DNA from: an uncultured Gemmatimonadaceae bacterium | GTDB lineage: Bacteria; Gemmatimonadota; Gemmatimonadetes; Gemmatimonadales; Gemmatimonadaceae | Direction: 5' to 3' | DNA: 64,000 nucleotides | Assembly: GCA_963781585.1 (NCBI GenBank) | Contig: CAWAGQ010000006.1 | Span: 128,001 to 192,000, forward strand | Shown: piece by piece, positions 1-9,957 of the stretch | Layout: the number at the start of each line of letters is the position of its first letter | Numbering within the stretch: position 1 is the first letter of the stretch | Notes under the pieces: generated by a model | Told to the model about the DNA's origin: nothing | The model's database searches: none | Seen by the model: only the letters and a program-made list of their open reading frames with translations | Made by a program: the position numbers and the translations under genes

Positions 1-49
1 CCGGGCTCCGGGCTCTGGCCTCTGGCCATTGGCCTCTGGCCTCTGGCCT
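1..49. repeat. Degenerate 7-bp tandem array (CTGGCCT-type) inside dnaE2
   Basis: ccgggct ccgggct ctggcct ctggcca ttggcct ctggcct ctggcct; translates as [16 protein letters not shown] in the dnaE2 frame. Confidence 0.85.
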
Positions 50-2912
50 GCCGTATCACGCCATCATGCGGTACGACCATCGTCCCATCGGAACATTCCA
101 GCGCGTGATCCCACGCCGAGCGTGTGAGATCCACCGGGCGCACCGTGACGCCGTGCCGTTTCGCGTCCTCGACCAGCGTGCCCACCGAATAGAACCCCAT
201 GGGTTGCGCGTTGAGGATGGCGGCGGTGAACTCGGGCGCGTAGTAGTGCCGCAGGTACGCCGAGGCGTAGACGATGAGCGCGAAGCTGGCGGCGTGCGAT
301 TCGGGGAAGCCGTAGTCGGCGAAGGCATTGATCTGGTTGTAAATACGCCGGGCGACGTCTTCGGCGATGCCGTTGCGCTGCATCCCGGTGATGAGCTTTT
401 CGCAGATCGCCGCCATCCGTTCGCGCGACCGTTTGTGGCCCATCGCCCGGCGCAGGATGTCGGCCTCGCCCGGCGTGAATCCCGCGGCCACGATCGCCAC
501 CTGCATGCCCTGCTCCTGAAAGAGCGGGATGCCTAACGTGCGCTTGAGCACCGGCTCGAGCGATGGGTGCGGGTACTCGATCTGCTCGGTGCCCATCCGC
601 CGGCGCAGATACGGATTCACCATCTCGCCCTGGATGGGCCCGGGGCGGATGATCGCGACCTCCACCACCACGTCGTAAAACGACCGCGGCTTGAGGCGGG
701 GGAGCGTATTCATCTGCGCCCGGCTCTCCACCTGGAACACGCCGATCGTGTCGGCGGCACAGAGGTCGTCGTACACTGCCTGATCGGTCATGTCGAGGGC
801 CCCCAGGTCGATCGTCACGCCGCGGGTGGCCCGGATGTACTTGAGACAATCCTGGAGCACGGTGAGCATGCCGAGACCCAGCAGATCGATCTTCACCAGG
901 CCGGCGGCATCGAGATCGTCGCGCTCCCACTGGATCACCGTGCGTCCCGGCATCGACGCCGGCTCGATAGGCACCACGGTGCGCAGCGGTTCCTTCGTGA
1001 GCACGAACCCGCCCACGTGGATCGATCGATGACGCGGCGCCTGGTGCAGTCCCTCGACGATATCCGGCAGCACCCGCACCCGGCGGTCGGCGGGATCGAG
1101 ACCGGCCTGCGCCAGAATGGAGGAGGGATCGGGCGCCACGGAGGAGCGGTTCTCGCCGGCGGCATTCTGATCTTCGATTTCTGGGCTCTGGCCTTTCGCC
1201 TCGGGCCTTTCACCTCTGGCCTTTGGCCTCTGACCTGTCGTACTCCGCCGCTCCGATTCCTTCATCGCCCGCGCCCGCGCCGCCGCCTCCGTGCCGGGCA
1301 CCATGTCCTGGCCAAGCCGCTCGGCGAGCAGCTTCTCGGCGTTCCATTCTTCGGGGCGTTTGCGCGGATCGTCGGGAATGCCGGGACGATCGCTTTGCGG
1401 ATCGAGGTCGTAGTGTCGGCCGAGCATCGTCTCGGCGGTGGTCCCGGCACGCAACGCGTCGGCGGTGGCCCGCGCCGAAAAGCGATCGGAGAGCGCGCTC
1501 AATACGTCGGCCTGTTCCACCGAGAACCCCAGCACCCGCGCCGTGTCGCGCACCGCCGACCGCCCGCGATAGGTGATGTGCTCGCAGACCATCGCGGCGT
1601 GCTCACGCCCGTACCGTTCGTAGACGTACTGGAGCACGGTCTCGCGATCGCGATGGGCGAAATCGAGGTCGATGTCGGGGGCTTCGGGGCGCTCCTCGCT
1701 CAGAAAGCGCTCGAAGAGCAGCTCCATGCGGATCGGATCGATGGCGGTGATGCCCAGGCAGTAGCAGACCACCGAATTCGCGGCCGAGCCGCGTCCCTGG
1801 CAGAGTACCCCGGCGCGCCGGGCGAAGCGGACGATGTCCCAGACGATGAGGAAGTATCCGGCGAGGCCGAGCCGGCGGATGAGGTCCAGCTCGTGCGCGA
1901 TCTGCGCGCGGTGGCGCGCGGGAAGCGTCTCGAAGATGGCGATGCGATCGGGGGGAGCGGCAGACGGTGGCGGCACTCCGCGTGCGCGCATCGCGGCGCT
2001 CGCGCCGATGCGTTCGCACGCCCCCTGTTCCACCAGCCGCGCCAGGTACTCGTCGGCCGAGACGCCGGGAGGAAGCGGGAATTCCGGCAGCGTGGGTTTC
2101 AGGTCCGCGAGCCGGAAGCCGCACCGCTCGGCAATGCCTGACGTGGCGCGGAGCCCCGTCTCATCCTGTTGCCAGCGGCGCCGCATCTGGGCCGCGCTCT
2201 TCAGATACCACTCGCCGTTGGGGCGGAGCCGGGTGCCCATCTCGTCCAGCCGGCGCTGGTGCCTGATGGCGCCGAGCACGTCGTGCACGATCCGCTCCGT
2301 CGGCTGGGCGTAGTGCACGTCGTTGGTCACGACCCACGGCACCCCCAGCGACCTGGCGAGGGGAATGAGATGCCTGACGAGGGAGCGTTCCTCGGGCAGA
2401 TGGTGATCCCAGCATTCGATGGCCAGGCGCCCCTCGAAGAGATCCAGCAGAGCCGCCGCGGCCTCGCACGCCCCGTCGAGATCTCCGGCGGCGATGCGCG
2501 ATGGTACCCACCCACGCGGACATCCGGTGAGGGCGAAGATGCCGCGCGCATGCCGCGCCAGCGTGTCGAGCGTGACCGTGGGTTCGCCGCGGGGCGTGTC
2601 CATGCGGGCACGGGTGATGAGGGTCGCGATGTTGCCGTATCCCTCGCGCGTCTCGGCGAGCAGGACGAGATGGCCAGGGGTGTCGTCCACCGAAACCGTG
2701 AGCTCGACGCCGATGATCCCGCCGACGCCAAGTTCCCTCGCCGCCTGCGCAAACCGGACCGCGCCGCCCAGGTCGTCGTGGTCGGTGAGCGCGAGCGACG
2801 ACATGCCGAGCGCCGCCGCCCGCGCCAGGAGCGCCTCCGGTTCGGACGCACCGTCGAGGAGGGAGAAGACGGAGTGACAGTGGAGTTCGACGTAATCAGA
2901 AGAACCGGTCAT
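1..2912 (-). CDS. dnaE2: Error-prone DNA polymerase III alpha subunit DnaE2/ImuC (3' end runs off the window)
   Basis: Hand translation from ATG 2912, absent from the ORF track because there is no stop in the window: [17 protein letters not shown] (PHP domain), [55 protein letters not shown]. Lies downstream of imuA-imuB. Confidence 0.95.
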   Translation of the reverse strand, partial: MTGSSDYVELHCHSVFSLLDGASEPEALLARAAALGMSSLALTDHDDLGGAVRFAQAARELGVGGIIGVELTVSVDDTPGHLVLLAETREGYGNIATLITRARMDTPRGEPTVTLDTLARHARGIFALTGCPRGWVPSRIAAGDLDGACEAAAALLDLFEGRLAIECWDHHLPEERSLVRHLIPLARSLGVPWVVTNDVHYAQPTERIVHDVLGAIRHQRRLDEMGTRLRPNGEWYLKSAAQMRRRWQQDETGLRATSGIAERCGFRLADLKPTLPEFPLPPGVSADEYLARLVEQGACERIGASAAMRARGVPPPSAAPPDRIAIFETLPARHRAQIAHELDLIRRLGLAGYFLIVWDIVRFARRAGVLCQGRGSAANSVVCYCLGITAIDPIRMELLFERFLSEERPEAPDIDLDFAHRDRETVLQYVYERYGREHAAMVCEHITYRGRSAVRDTARVLGFSVEQADVLSALSDRFSARATADALRAGTTAETMLGRHYDLDPQSDRPGIPDDPRKRPEEWNAEKLLAERLGQDMVPGTEAAARARAMKESERRSTTGQRPKARGERPEAKGQSPEIEDQNAAGENRSSVAPDPSSILAQAGLDPADRRVRVLPDIVEGLHQAPRHRSIHVGGFVLTKEPLRTVVPIEPASMPGRTVIQWERDDLDAAGLVKIDLLGLGMLTVLQDCLKYIRATRGVTIDLGALDMTDQAVYDDLCAADTIGVFQVESRAQMNTLPRLKPRSFYDVVVEVAIIRPGPIQGEMVNPYLRRRMGTEQIEYPHPSLEPVLKRTLGIPLFQEQGMQVAIVAAGFTPGEADILRRAMGHKRSRERMAAICEKLITGMQRNGIAEDVARRIYNQINAFADYGFPESHAASFALIVYASAYLRHYYAPEFTAAILNAQPMGFYSVGTLVEDAKRHGVTVRPVDLTRSAWDHALECSDGTMVVPHDGVIRQARGQRPMARGQSPEP
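1166..1235. repeat. Degenerate 7-bp tandem array inside the dnaE2 insertion
   Basis: tctgggc tctggcc tttcgcc tcgggcc tttcacc tctggcc tttggcc tctgacc; translates as [19 protein letters not shown]. Confidence 0.8.
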
Positions 2913-2961
2913 AGCGCCGAGCGCTCATGGCTCACAGCCAGAAGACGAGGAGTTGCGGCGA

Positions 2962-5073
2962 TCAGTCGTACCAGCCCTGCACATACCAGCCGCCTTCCGC
3001 GGCTGCGCCATCGCGAAAGAGCACGAGATCGCCTTCTCCCTCTGCTTCCTCGCACCGCCAGTAATCGCGCGCATATCCGTCCTTCCACCAATCGCCCGAC
3101 AGGCGCTCGGGTCCGACGGTGCGCTCGATGCGCACCCGTCGACCGCGCCACCAGAGCACGCGCGGTGCACCGTCTTCACACTCGACCTCCACGGACTCGG
3201 GAGGCTCGAGTTGGCGGAGTGCCCGGGCGAGGTGTGGCAGGGAGCCGTCACCGGGCGACGGGTTTGCGCTTCGCCCCACGCCGTCGATCTCGAGGATCCG
3301 CCGGTGTCGCAACACGCCGGGTTTCCGGTTGTCTCTCGTACCACGGTGCGGTTCCCGGTGTGGCCGGTCTCTCCCTGGCATCGGGGGCTCATCGTCCGGT
3401 GTTTCGATTCCCACCCATGCGCCAGCGCGTTCCGGCCGGTGCTCATCGCGCACCACGGGGAAGACCACCGCGTCGGAGCCGAGTTCCGCGCGCAGGCGCG
3501 CGAAGGCGGCATCGGCGGCCGCCGGGTCGCGCCATGAGGGGTCGAGCAGGTCGCCCTGCTCGCCGGTGAGTGGTGCGGTGGCGGAGATGGCCACGGTCAC
3601 GCCGCACACCGGTGCCGAGAGCGTCCAGCGGTCGAGGAGGGCGCGGCATCGTTCGAGCAGCGGCACCGGCCGTGCGAGCGGGCGGGCGAGGCGCACTTCG
3701 CGCGTGATCGTATGCGCCGGTGAACCGCCGGGGAGGGCGCTGCGCGGGTCGTCGAGCGTGAGGGTGATCGCCACCGTTGCCGCAGCCCGTCCGTCGGCAA
3801 CGAGCTCACGCACCAGCCGGTCGAGGGCGGCCCGGACCAGGAAGAGCACGGGTTGCATCGCGGTCACGCTCGGGGCGAGATCGGCCGACGCGGACCGTGG
3901 CGCGTCGGCGCGGGCCAGCAGCGGACGGCGGTGGTCCTCGCCGTGTGACAGGCGCCAGGCGGCGAGTCCGGTGTTTCCCCATCGCCGTTCGACGTCCTCC
4001 GCGGAAAAGGCGGCGAACGCGCCGGCGGTAGGGATGCCTAACGCCTTGAGCGTGTCTCGCAGCTCCTCGTCCATGGGGAGGAGTCCGAGCGGGACGTTGG
4101 CCAGGTAGGCGGCGCACTGGCCGGGGGGCACGATGACGATCGGGTCGGGCGTCCGGGATCGGGAATCCGGGGGGAGGCCGGAAGCGCGGGCCGGGGGTCG
4201 GAGGGGAGGCGGAGGCGTTTCCGGTGCGTGCGGGGCGTTGGCGGCTTCCGGTCTCCGTCCCGCCAGTTCCCAGGTGCCGGCGCGTGCGGCGACACACGAG
4301 TCAGCGATGGCCACGCGGGCGCGTGGGTGCCAGCGGCGCGCGCGATGCAGCAGGGCGGCTGCCAGCGCGCGTTCACCGCCTAACGCTTCGAGTCCGGCGG
4401 CGCCGACCCACCAGAGTCCCGGCGCACCGGCGACGGGAGTGACCTGGGGGCTGGCGGCGAGGAAGGCGGCGGTGGCGCGCCGGACTTCGTCGGCGATGGC
4501 GGTGGCATCCCACGGGAGCACGGTCAGGGTGGCGCATCGCGCCCGTGCTTCGGTGGTTGTCATGCCGGCGCGGACCCGGTTGTGCGCGGCGGCGGTGGTG
4601 ACTGTACAGAGCCGTGGCCCCTCGGCGAGGGCGATGGGGAGATCATCCCAGTGCGGCGATGGAACGATGGGAGACGCGTTGGAATGGTGACGCGCCGCGG
4701 TGATGGAAGCGGTATGCTGAATAGCGGGGGGGGGGCCCAGTGGCCGTCCGTTACCGCCCGGTTTCCCCAGCGAGGAGGAATCCGTCGCGCCCGACGACCG
4801 GCTCGGCACATCGGCGCTTGCGGGGGAGCGAGAAGCCGGTGTCCCGGGATCGCAGTCCGACATCGGACTGGCCGACGGGTTCGCTTCTTCCTGCCGTTTC
4901 CGGCTGCTGGACGGCGCCTTCCGGTCGTCTGTCTCCAGCTCGAGCGCCAACTGGCCGCCTGGCGCCAGGAACGCCGGGAGCGGCGCGTTCCCCTCGGCGA
5001 TTGCGCGGTGCCACACCGCGCCGATCGGGAACCTCGGAATACGCACACAGGCGATGCGTCCTGTCGATCGCAC
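2962..5073 (-). CDS. imuB: ImuB, catalytically inactive Y-family polymerase-like protein
   Basis: IACVRIPRFP N-terminus, ..RVRAGMT..ARARC, C-terminal GPERLSGDWW..RDYWR..GWYD. GTG start at 5073 is preceded by GGAGG; the ORF track extends to 5205. Confidence 0.85.
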   Translation of the reverse strand: MRSTGRIACVRIPRFPIGAVWHRAIAEGNAPLPAFLAPGGQLALELETDDRKAPSSSRKRQEEANPSASPMSDCDPGTPASRSPASADVPSRSSGATDSSSLGKPGGNGRPLGPPPAIQHTASITAARHHSNASPIVPSPHWDDLPIALAEGPRLCTVTTAAAHNRVRAGMTTTEARARCATLTVLPWDATAIADEVRRATAAFLAASPQVTPVAGAPGLWWVGAAGLEALGGERALAAALLHRARRWHPRARVAIADSCVAARAGTWELAGRRPEAANAPHAPETPPPPLRPPARASGLPPDSRSRTPDPIVIVPPGQCAAYLANVPLGLLPMDEELRDTLKALGIPTAGAFAAFSAEDVERRWGNTGLAAWRLSHGEDHRRPLLARADAPRSASADLAPSVTAMQPVLFLVRAALDRLVRELVADGRAAATVAITLTLDDPRSALPGGSPAHTITREVRLARPLARPVPLLERCRALLDRWTLSAPVCGVTVAISATAPLTGEQGDLLDPSWRDPAAADAAFARLRAELGSDAVVFPVVRDEHRPERAGAWVGIETPDDEPPMPGRDRPHREPHRGTRDNRKPGVLRHRRILEIDGVGRSANPSPGDGSLPHLARALRQLEPPESVEVECEDGAPRVLWWRGRRVRIERTVGPERLSGDWWKDGYARDYWRCEEAEGEGDLVLFRDGAAAEGGWYVQGWYD

Positions 5074-5788
5074 AACTGACCTCCACCGGGTGATGCCGTC
5101 CGCCCTTTTCCACCGCGACGCACAGCATGCTCGCCGAGCGCCGGGACACCGAGACCGACCGGAGGGGAGGAGCGTGGCCACGACCGTCCGCCCTCCGACT
5201 TCCACCCGGTCGTCGCCTGCTCATTCGTAATCGCACCGCGCTTCCCACTCCTCCTCCGGCGCGGGTAGCCGGGTCCGCCCGCTCGTCACCCACCACCACC
5301 AGCGCGGCGTCGTGATCGCGTGCCAGCCGCGTGAGGCGAACGGCAACCGGCCGTGAGAGCGGGGGCCCGCCGTCGAGCACCACCAGGCCGAACGCCCCGC
5401 TTCGCAACAGGACGTCCGCGCACCAGGCACTCCGGCTGGCATCCGGCGGCCGGATGACCCACAGATGTTTCTCCGCCTCTCCCCGCTTCCGCTTCCCGGT
5501 TCTCCGCTCCTCGTTGAAGGCGGTCCAGTCGCGCGGCGCCAGTGTCCGCGTTGCGTCGACATAGGCTACCCAGCGCCGGGCCGCGATGGCCCCGGCCACG
5601 ATCTGCCTGACGAGGGTCGTCTTCCCGCTTCCCCGTGCGCCGATGATCTCGGTGAGCCGGCCGTACGGGACGCCGCCGTCCGACAGCGCTCGATCGAGCG
5701 CCGCGATGCCGGTGGGTATCGCCGCTCCGCCGGCGCGCGGCGGGGCGAGGAAGACAGCGAGCTGCTGACGAAGCGCGGCGAGAGACAT
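4751..5788 (-). CDS. imuA: ImuA, RecA-like protein
   Basis: IPTGIAALDRAL..GG(V)P.GRLTEI.GARGSGKTT Walker A, LLRSGAFGLVVLD; position in the imu cassette. Confidence 0.88.
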   Translation of the reverse strand: MSLAALRQQLAVFLAPPRAGGAAIPTGIAALDRALSDGGVPYGRLTEIIGARGSGKTTLVRQIVAGAIAARRWVAYVDATRTLAPRDWTAFNEERRTGKRKRGEAEKHLWVIRPPDASRSAWCADVLLRSGAFGLVVLDGGPPLSRPVAVRLTRLARDHDAALVVVGDERADPATRAGGGVGSAVRLRMSRRRPGGSRRADGRGHAPPLRSVSVSRRSASMLCVAVEKGGRHHPVEVSCAIDRTHRLCAYSEVPDRRGVAPRNRRGERAAPGVPGARRPVGARAGDRRPEGAVQQPETAGRSEPVGQSDVGLRSRDTGFSLPRKRRCAEPVVGRDGFLLAGETGR

Positions 5789-5800
5789 GGGTTGTTGGGA

Positions 5801-5867
5801 GGCCAGAGGTCATGGGTCATAGGCCAAAGGCCATCGGTCATAGGCCAAAGGGTCAAAGGCCATGGCC
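5801..5867. repeat. 7-bp tandem array GG(C/T)CA(T/A/G)A, intergenic
   Basis: ggccaga ggtcatg ggtcata ggccaaa ggccatc ggtcata ggccaaa gggtcaaa ggccatg. Confidence 0.85.
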
Positions 5868-5881
5868 TTCGACGCGAACGC

Positions 5882-7102
5882 CTAACGCGTGACATCGGCC
5901 GGCCCGAAATGGAACTCGCCCTGTACCCCGGCGTCCGGCGCCGGGGGCGTGTGCGGCGCCCCAACGCGCTCACCGACTCCAGCCGCCCGCCCGCCGGGCA
6001 CGATCGCCGTGGCCCGAAATGCCAGCGGCTCCTCCGCACCCTCCTTCTCCACACCGTAGCGGATGCCAGCCTCCCGGCACTGCCGGCGCAGAAAGCGCCG
6101 CAGCCCATCCCGATACCGGTCGCTCATCTGATGGCTCTCGGCGTACGCGGCCCGATACCGGGCGGCCAGATCGGGAAACTCCGCTTCGATGAACGGGAGA
6201 TAGCGATGCCGCGCCGTGGCCTGCAGCCGGAGCGCGCAGGCGCTGACGTGGGAGGCGCCCGCGCCGGCCACGCGCCTGACGAGCTCGCGCAACATCCCGG
6301 GCCGGTCGGTCAGGCCAGGCAGCACCGGCATGATGTTCACCCCCGTGTCGATGCCGGCGGCCGACAGGCGCGCCACGGCCCGGAGCCGCGCTTCCGGCGT
6401 CGGCGCCCGCGGTTCGATGCGGCGGGCCAGCGCGCGATCGAGCGTGATCAGCGACACGTGCACGGTGAGCGTCGACCGCGACATGAGCGCCGTCAGGATG
6501 TCGATGTCGCGCGTAATGAGCGGACTCTTGGTGACGATGCCGACCGAGAGACCACGCTCCGCCGCCAGAACCTCGAGGATCGCGCGAGTGACGCGAAAGG
6601 TCCGTTCCGCCGGTTGATAAGGATCGGTCGCCGTGCCGATCGCGATTCGCTCCCCGGTGGTCAATCGTGTGAGACGATCGGCGAACGCGCGCCGACTCCG
6701 CGAATGGCGCGCAGCATCCCGGGCGCGCAACTGCGCGCGCAACACCTCGGGTGCGTTCCGCTTGACGAAGATCCGCCGCTCGAATGCCAGCCAGGGCGGC
6801 AACTCGGTGAGTTCCTCGGCCACCGCCGCGGCCGGCGCAATCGCCACCGTGCGCTCGGCGGCATACCGGTGCGCATACCGCGCATAACAGTAGGCGCACC
6901 CGAACGCGCAGCCCACGTACGGGTTGATCGACCAGAATCCCATTCCGGTCGATTCCGGCGCATTGAGCACCCCCTTCGCCAATGTGTCGTAGTAGCGAAT
7001 GTCCTTGCGAGTGCCGATCAGACCGGGGACCGGACGATGCCGGCCGGCATCGTCAACCTGGCTTATGGGAAAGAGGGAAGGGTTCACCAAGTCGTAGCTC
7101 AT
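5882..7102 (-). CDS. Radical SAM protein, spore photoproduct lyase-like (Rv2578c-type)
   Basis: SINPYVGCAFGCAYCYAR (CxxxCxxC), GTATDPYQPAE, TKS, IEPRAPTP..RL. Confidence 0.9.
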   Translation of the reverse strand: MSYDLVNPSLFPISQVDDAGRHRPVPGLIGTRKDIRYYDTLAKGVLNAPESTGMGFWSINPYVGCAFGCAYCYARYAHRYAAERTVAIAPAAAVAEELTELPPWLAFERRIFVKRNAPEVLRAQLRARDAARHSRSRRAFADRLTRLTTGERIAIGTATDPYQPAERTFRVTRAILEVLAAERGLSVGIVTKSPLITRDIDILTALMSRSTLTVHVSLITLDRALARRIEPRAPTPEARLRAVARLSAAGIDTGVNIMPVLPGLTDRPGMLRELVRRVAGAGASHVSACALRLQATARHRYLPFIEAEFPDLAARYRAAYAESHQMSDRYRDGLRRFLRRQCREAGIRYGVEKEGAEEPLAFRATAIVPGGRAAGVGERVGAPHTPPAPDAGVQGEFHFGPADVTR

Positions 7103-7177
7103 AGTTCATTGCTCATAGGCGGAGACCGGAGGTCGGAGACTCGCATCCGCACTCAGCCAACCGGAGATTCCGACTCA

Positions 7178-7206
7178 CATATACCGAACAAATACCGAAG
7201 ATGCAA
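7178..7206 (-). promoter_or_regulatory. Sigma70-type promoter with a candidate LexA-like direct-repeat operator
   Basis: Minus strand TTGCAT(7206-7201)-17 nt-TATATG(7183-7178); ATACCGAA repeated at 7181-7188 and 7192-7199 (11-bp period). Confidence 0.65.
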
Positions 7207-7307
7207 GACGGCGCTTTCCGCGGTACTCTGTCTGGTAATGCAGGAAGTAGTTGGGCCTCAAAGGCTTCCGTGAGGCGAACCCGGCGTCGAACTTCAACTT
7301 CCGAGCT

Positions 7308-8684
7308 ATGAGCTATGCTTCCGGCCCCACCGATGCCCGCACGCTGGCGCGCGCCATTCGACAACGCCGCGTGTCACCGGTCGAGATTGTCGACGCGGTG
7401 CTGGAACGCATCGCGGAGCTCAATCCGATCCTGAACGCGTATCTCTCGGTGTTCGAGGAGCCTGCACGGGAGGCCGCGAAACGCGCTGAACGCCGGACCG
7501 CCCGGAAAGGAGAGCTGGGTTCCCTCCACGGTGTTCCGGTCTCGCTCAAGGATCTGATTCTCACGACCGAAGCGCCGACCACCGCCGGGTCCCTGATCTT
7601 CGGCGATGGTCTGGTGGCCGAGCGCGACGCGCCGGTGGTGCGACGCCTGCGTCGCGCCGGGGCAATCATCGTCGGCAAGACGAATCTCCACGAGGTCGCG
7701 TTAGGCGTCACCAGCGACAACGAACACTTCGGCCCGGTGCGGAATCCCTGGGACCTCACGCGAGTGGCGGGCGGCTCGTCAGGCGGTTCGGCGGCGGCGG
7801 TGGCGGCCGGGCTCGGCCCGCTGTCGGTTGGCAGCGATACCCGCGGCTCGATCCGTATTCCGGCTGCCTGCTGCGGCGTGACCGGGCTCAAGCCCACCCG
7901 CGGCCGGGTGTCGACCGACGATGTGGTGCCACTCAGTCTCACCCTCGACCATGCGGGTCCGATCGCGCGAAGCGCCGAGGACTGCGCCCTGCTGCTGGAT
8001 GCGATGCTGGGCCGCCACGCCGGTGGCACAACCGCACGCGGGAGTGTGCGGGGAATGCGGATCGGCATCTCCGAATACCACCTGCGTGATCTGGATACCG
8101 CCGTACAGACGCTGGTGGAGGGGGCGCTCACCCGTCTGCGACGTCTCGGCGGCCGGCTGCAGGCGGTCGACGTCTCCGGCCTGGATCCCGTCCAGGAAGC
8201 ATCCGTCGTGATCACGGCATCCGAGGCGCTGGCGTACCACGATCCGATGTTGCGCGCGCGTCCGGAGGGGTACGGTCCGCTGGTGCGAAAGCGGCTCGAG
8301 GGGGGATCCCGCTGGAGTGCGGTCGACTATCTGCGCGCGATGACGGTGCGTGAAGCGGCCTGTTCCGTGTTCGCGCGCATCTTCGCGCGGGTCGATTTTC
8401 TGGTCGGTGCCACGATTCCGGCCCCGCCACCCCACATCGGTGAGCACGTCGCCCACATCAACGGGCGCGAGGCTCACCTGGTCGACAGCTTCACGCGACT
8501 CAACTCGCCGCAGAACATGGCGGGCGTGCCGGCGCTCGCGCTTCCCTGCGGCTTCTCGGCGGACGGACTTCCGGTGGGCTTTCAGCTCATCGCGGCGCGC
8601 GGGCGGGACGAGCGCCTGCTCCGGCTCGGGGCGGCGTACCAGCGCGAAACCGACTGGCACACGCGCCTGCCGCCGTCGGCCTGA
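7308..8684 (+). CDS. Amidase signature family protein (GatA/AtzE-like)
   Basis: LHGVPVSLKD, GKTNLHE, GGSSGGSAAAVAAG, GSDTRGSIRIPA. Confidence 0.92.
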   Translation: MSYASGPTDARTLARAIRQRRVSPVEIVDAVLERIAELNPILNAYLSVFEEPAREAAKRAERRTARKGELGSLHGVPVSLKDLILTTEAPTTAGSLIFGDGLVAERDAPVVRRLRRAGAIIVGKTNLHEVALGVTSDNEHFGPVRNPWDLTRVAGGSSGGSAAAVAAGLGPLSVGSDTRGSIRIPAACCGVTGLKPTRGRVSTDDVVPLSLTLDHAGPIARSAEDCALLLDAMLGRHAGGTTARGSVRGMRIGISEYHLRDLDTAVQTLVEGALTRLRRLGGRLQAVDVSGLDPVQEASVVITASEALAYHDPMLRARPEGYGPLVRKRLEGGSRWSAVDYLRAMTVREAACSVFARIFARVDFLVGATIPAPPPHIGEHVAHINGREAHLVDSFTRLNSPQNMAGVPALALPCGFSADGLPVGFQLIAARGRDERLLRLGAAYQRETDWHTRLPPSA

Positions 8685-8799
8685 CGGCGCAAGCGGACGG
8701 GTCTCTCCCGGCGTATCTTGGGACGACCGCGGTGCCGGGAGGGGCCGCGGCTCGACTGCCTAACGCTGTAGTTGCTGCCACGCCTTGCCGGAATCCGCG

Positions 8800-9090
8800 A
8801 TGGCTCATCCGCTGTCGGACATCGAAGTCCAGCGCGAGCTGGGGACCCTCTCCGGCTGGTCCCGCCGCGGCGCGGCCATCACCCGCACGTTCGAGTTCGC
8901 CGGCTTCCGGGACGCCATCGCGTTCGTGAACCGGATCGCCGATGCCGCCGAGCGGATGGATCATCATCCGGATATCGACATCCGCTACACCCGGGTCACG
9001 TGCCAGCTCAGCACGCATTCGGCGGGAGGCATCACCCGCCGCGATTTCATGCTGGCGGCGGCGATCGACCAGGCGATCGAGCCGTCCTGA
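8800..9090 (+). CDS. phhB: Pterin-4-alpha-carbinolamine dehydratase
   Basis: AE..DHHPDIDIRY..V...LSTHSAGGIT..DF. Confidence 0.9.
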   Translation: MAHPLSDIEVQRELGTLSGWSRRGAAITRTFEFAGFRDAIAFVNRIADAAERMDHHPDIDIRYTRVTCQLSTHSAGGITRRDFMLAAAIDQAIEPS

Positions 9091-9140
9091 CCGGGCCGGA
9101 AGCGCGATCGCCTCGGCGGCGCGCTCCCGACCGACAAGCG

Positions 9141-9824
9141 TCAGGAGTTCCGGCGGCCTCCTCCCAGCAGACTCAGGATCGCGACGAACATGTTCAGCAG
9201 ATCCAGATAGATCGCGACCGCGGCCAGAACGTAGTCGTCGGGCCCGAATCGATTCCGCAGCCGCCAGGTGTCGAAGATCAGCAGCCCGCCGAACACCAGC
9301 ACCGCCGCCGCCGAGAGCCAGAGCGACGCCGTCGCGCTCCGCACGAAGATGTTGATGAACGACGTGATGACCAGCACCCAGAGCCCGATCGTGAAGAACC
9401 CGCCCCAGGCGCTGAAATCGCGGCGGCTGGTCCAGGCGTAGACGGTGAGCACGCCAAACGTGCTGGCGGTGATGAGCGCGGCCTGCCCCACGACCCCGGG
9501 CTGCGACTGCCCGTACACGTAGATCAACGGCGAGATCATCATCCCCGCGATGAACGTGAACAGGAACACCAGGCCGATGTTGGCCGGGAACGCGTCACGG
9601 AAACGCTGGGCGGCGAACAACGGCGCGAACATGCAGATGAACGTGATGATCGGGTGGGCCGCAACCGCCTGGAGGACGGCCGGCTGACTGAGCGCGAACC
9701 CGGTGCCGGCCATCGTGACCAGCACGCTCGCCAGGACGAGCAGGTAGGTGCGCCGCACCAGCGTCGCTCGCTCCTCGCCGGTGCGAATTCCCGTGGCATC
9801 AATGGGCCGATACGAGACACCCAT
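9141..9824 (-). CDS. Bax inhibitor-1/YccA family membrane protein
   Basis: About 7 TM segments, RRDFS, FDT, DDYVLAAVAIYLDLLNMF. Confidence 0.92.
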   Translation of the reverse strand: MGVSYRPIDATGIRTGEERATLVRRTYLLVLASVLVTMAGTGFALSQPAVLQAVAAHPIITFICMFAPLFAAQRFRDAFPANIGLVFLFTFIAGMMISPLIYVYGQSQPGVVGQAALITASTFGVLTVYAWTSRRDFSAWGGFFTIGLWVLVITSFINIFVRSATASLWLSAAAVLVFGGLLIFDTWRLRNRFGPDDYVLAAVAIYLDLLNMFVAILSLLGGGRRNS

Positions 9825-9957
9825 GGTTACTCCTCGGATGGTGGACCTCTCGCCGCAATATAAGGGCGCGGTAGGCCCACCCGAATACACCGAAGCGACT
9901 CGCGGGAGCCGCGGGCGCGGCACGCCCACGACTCCCGCGAAGGCGTCGAGCGAACTG

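Noticed and set aside
1085..1470. Intein in DnaE2
   Set aside because: No Cys/Ser start, no His-Asn end and no homing endonuclease motifs
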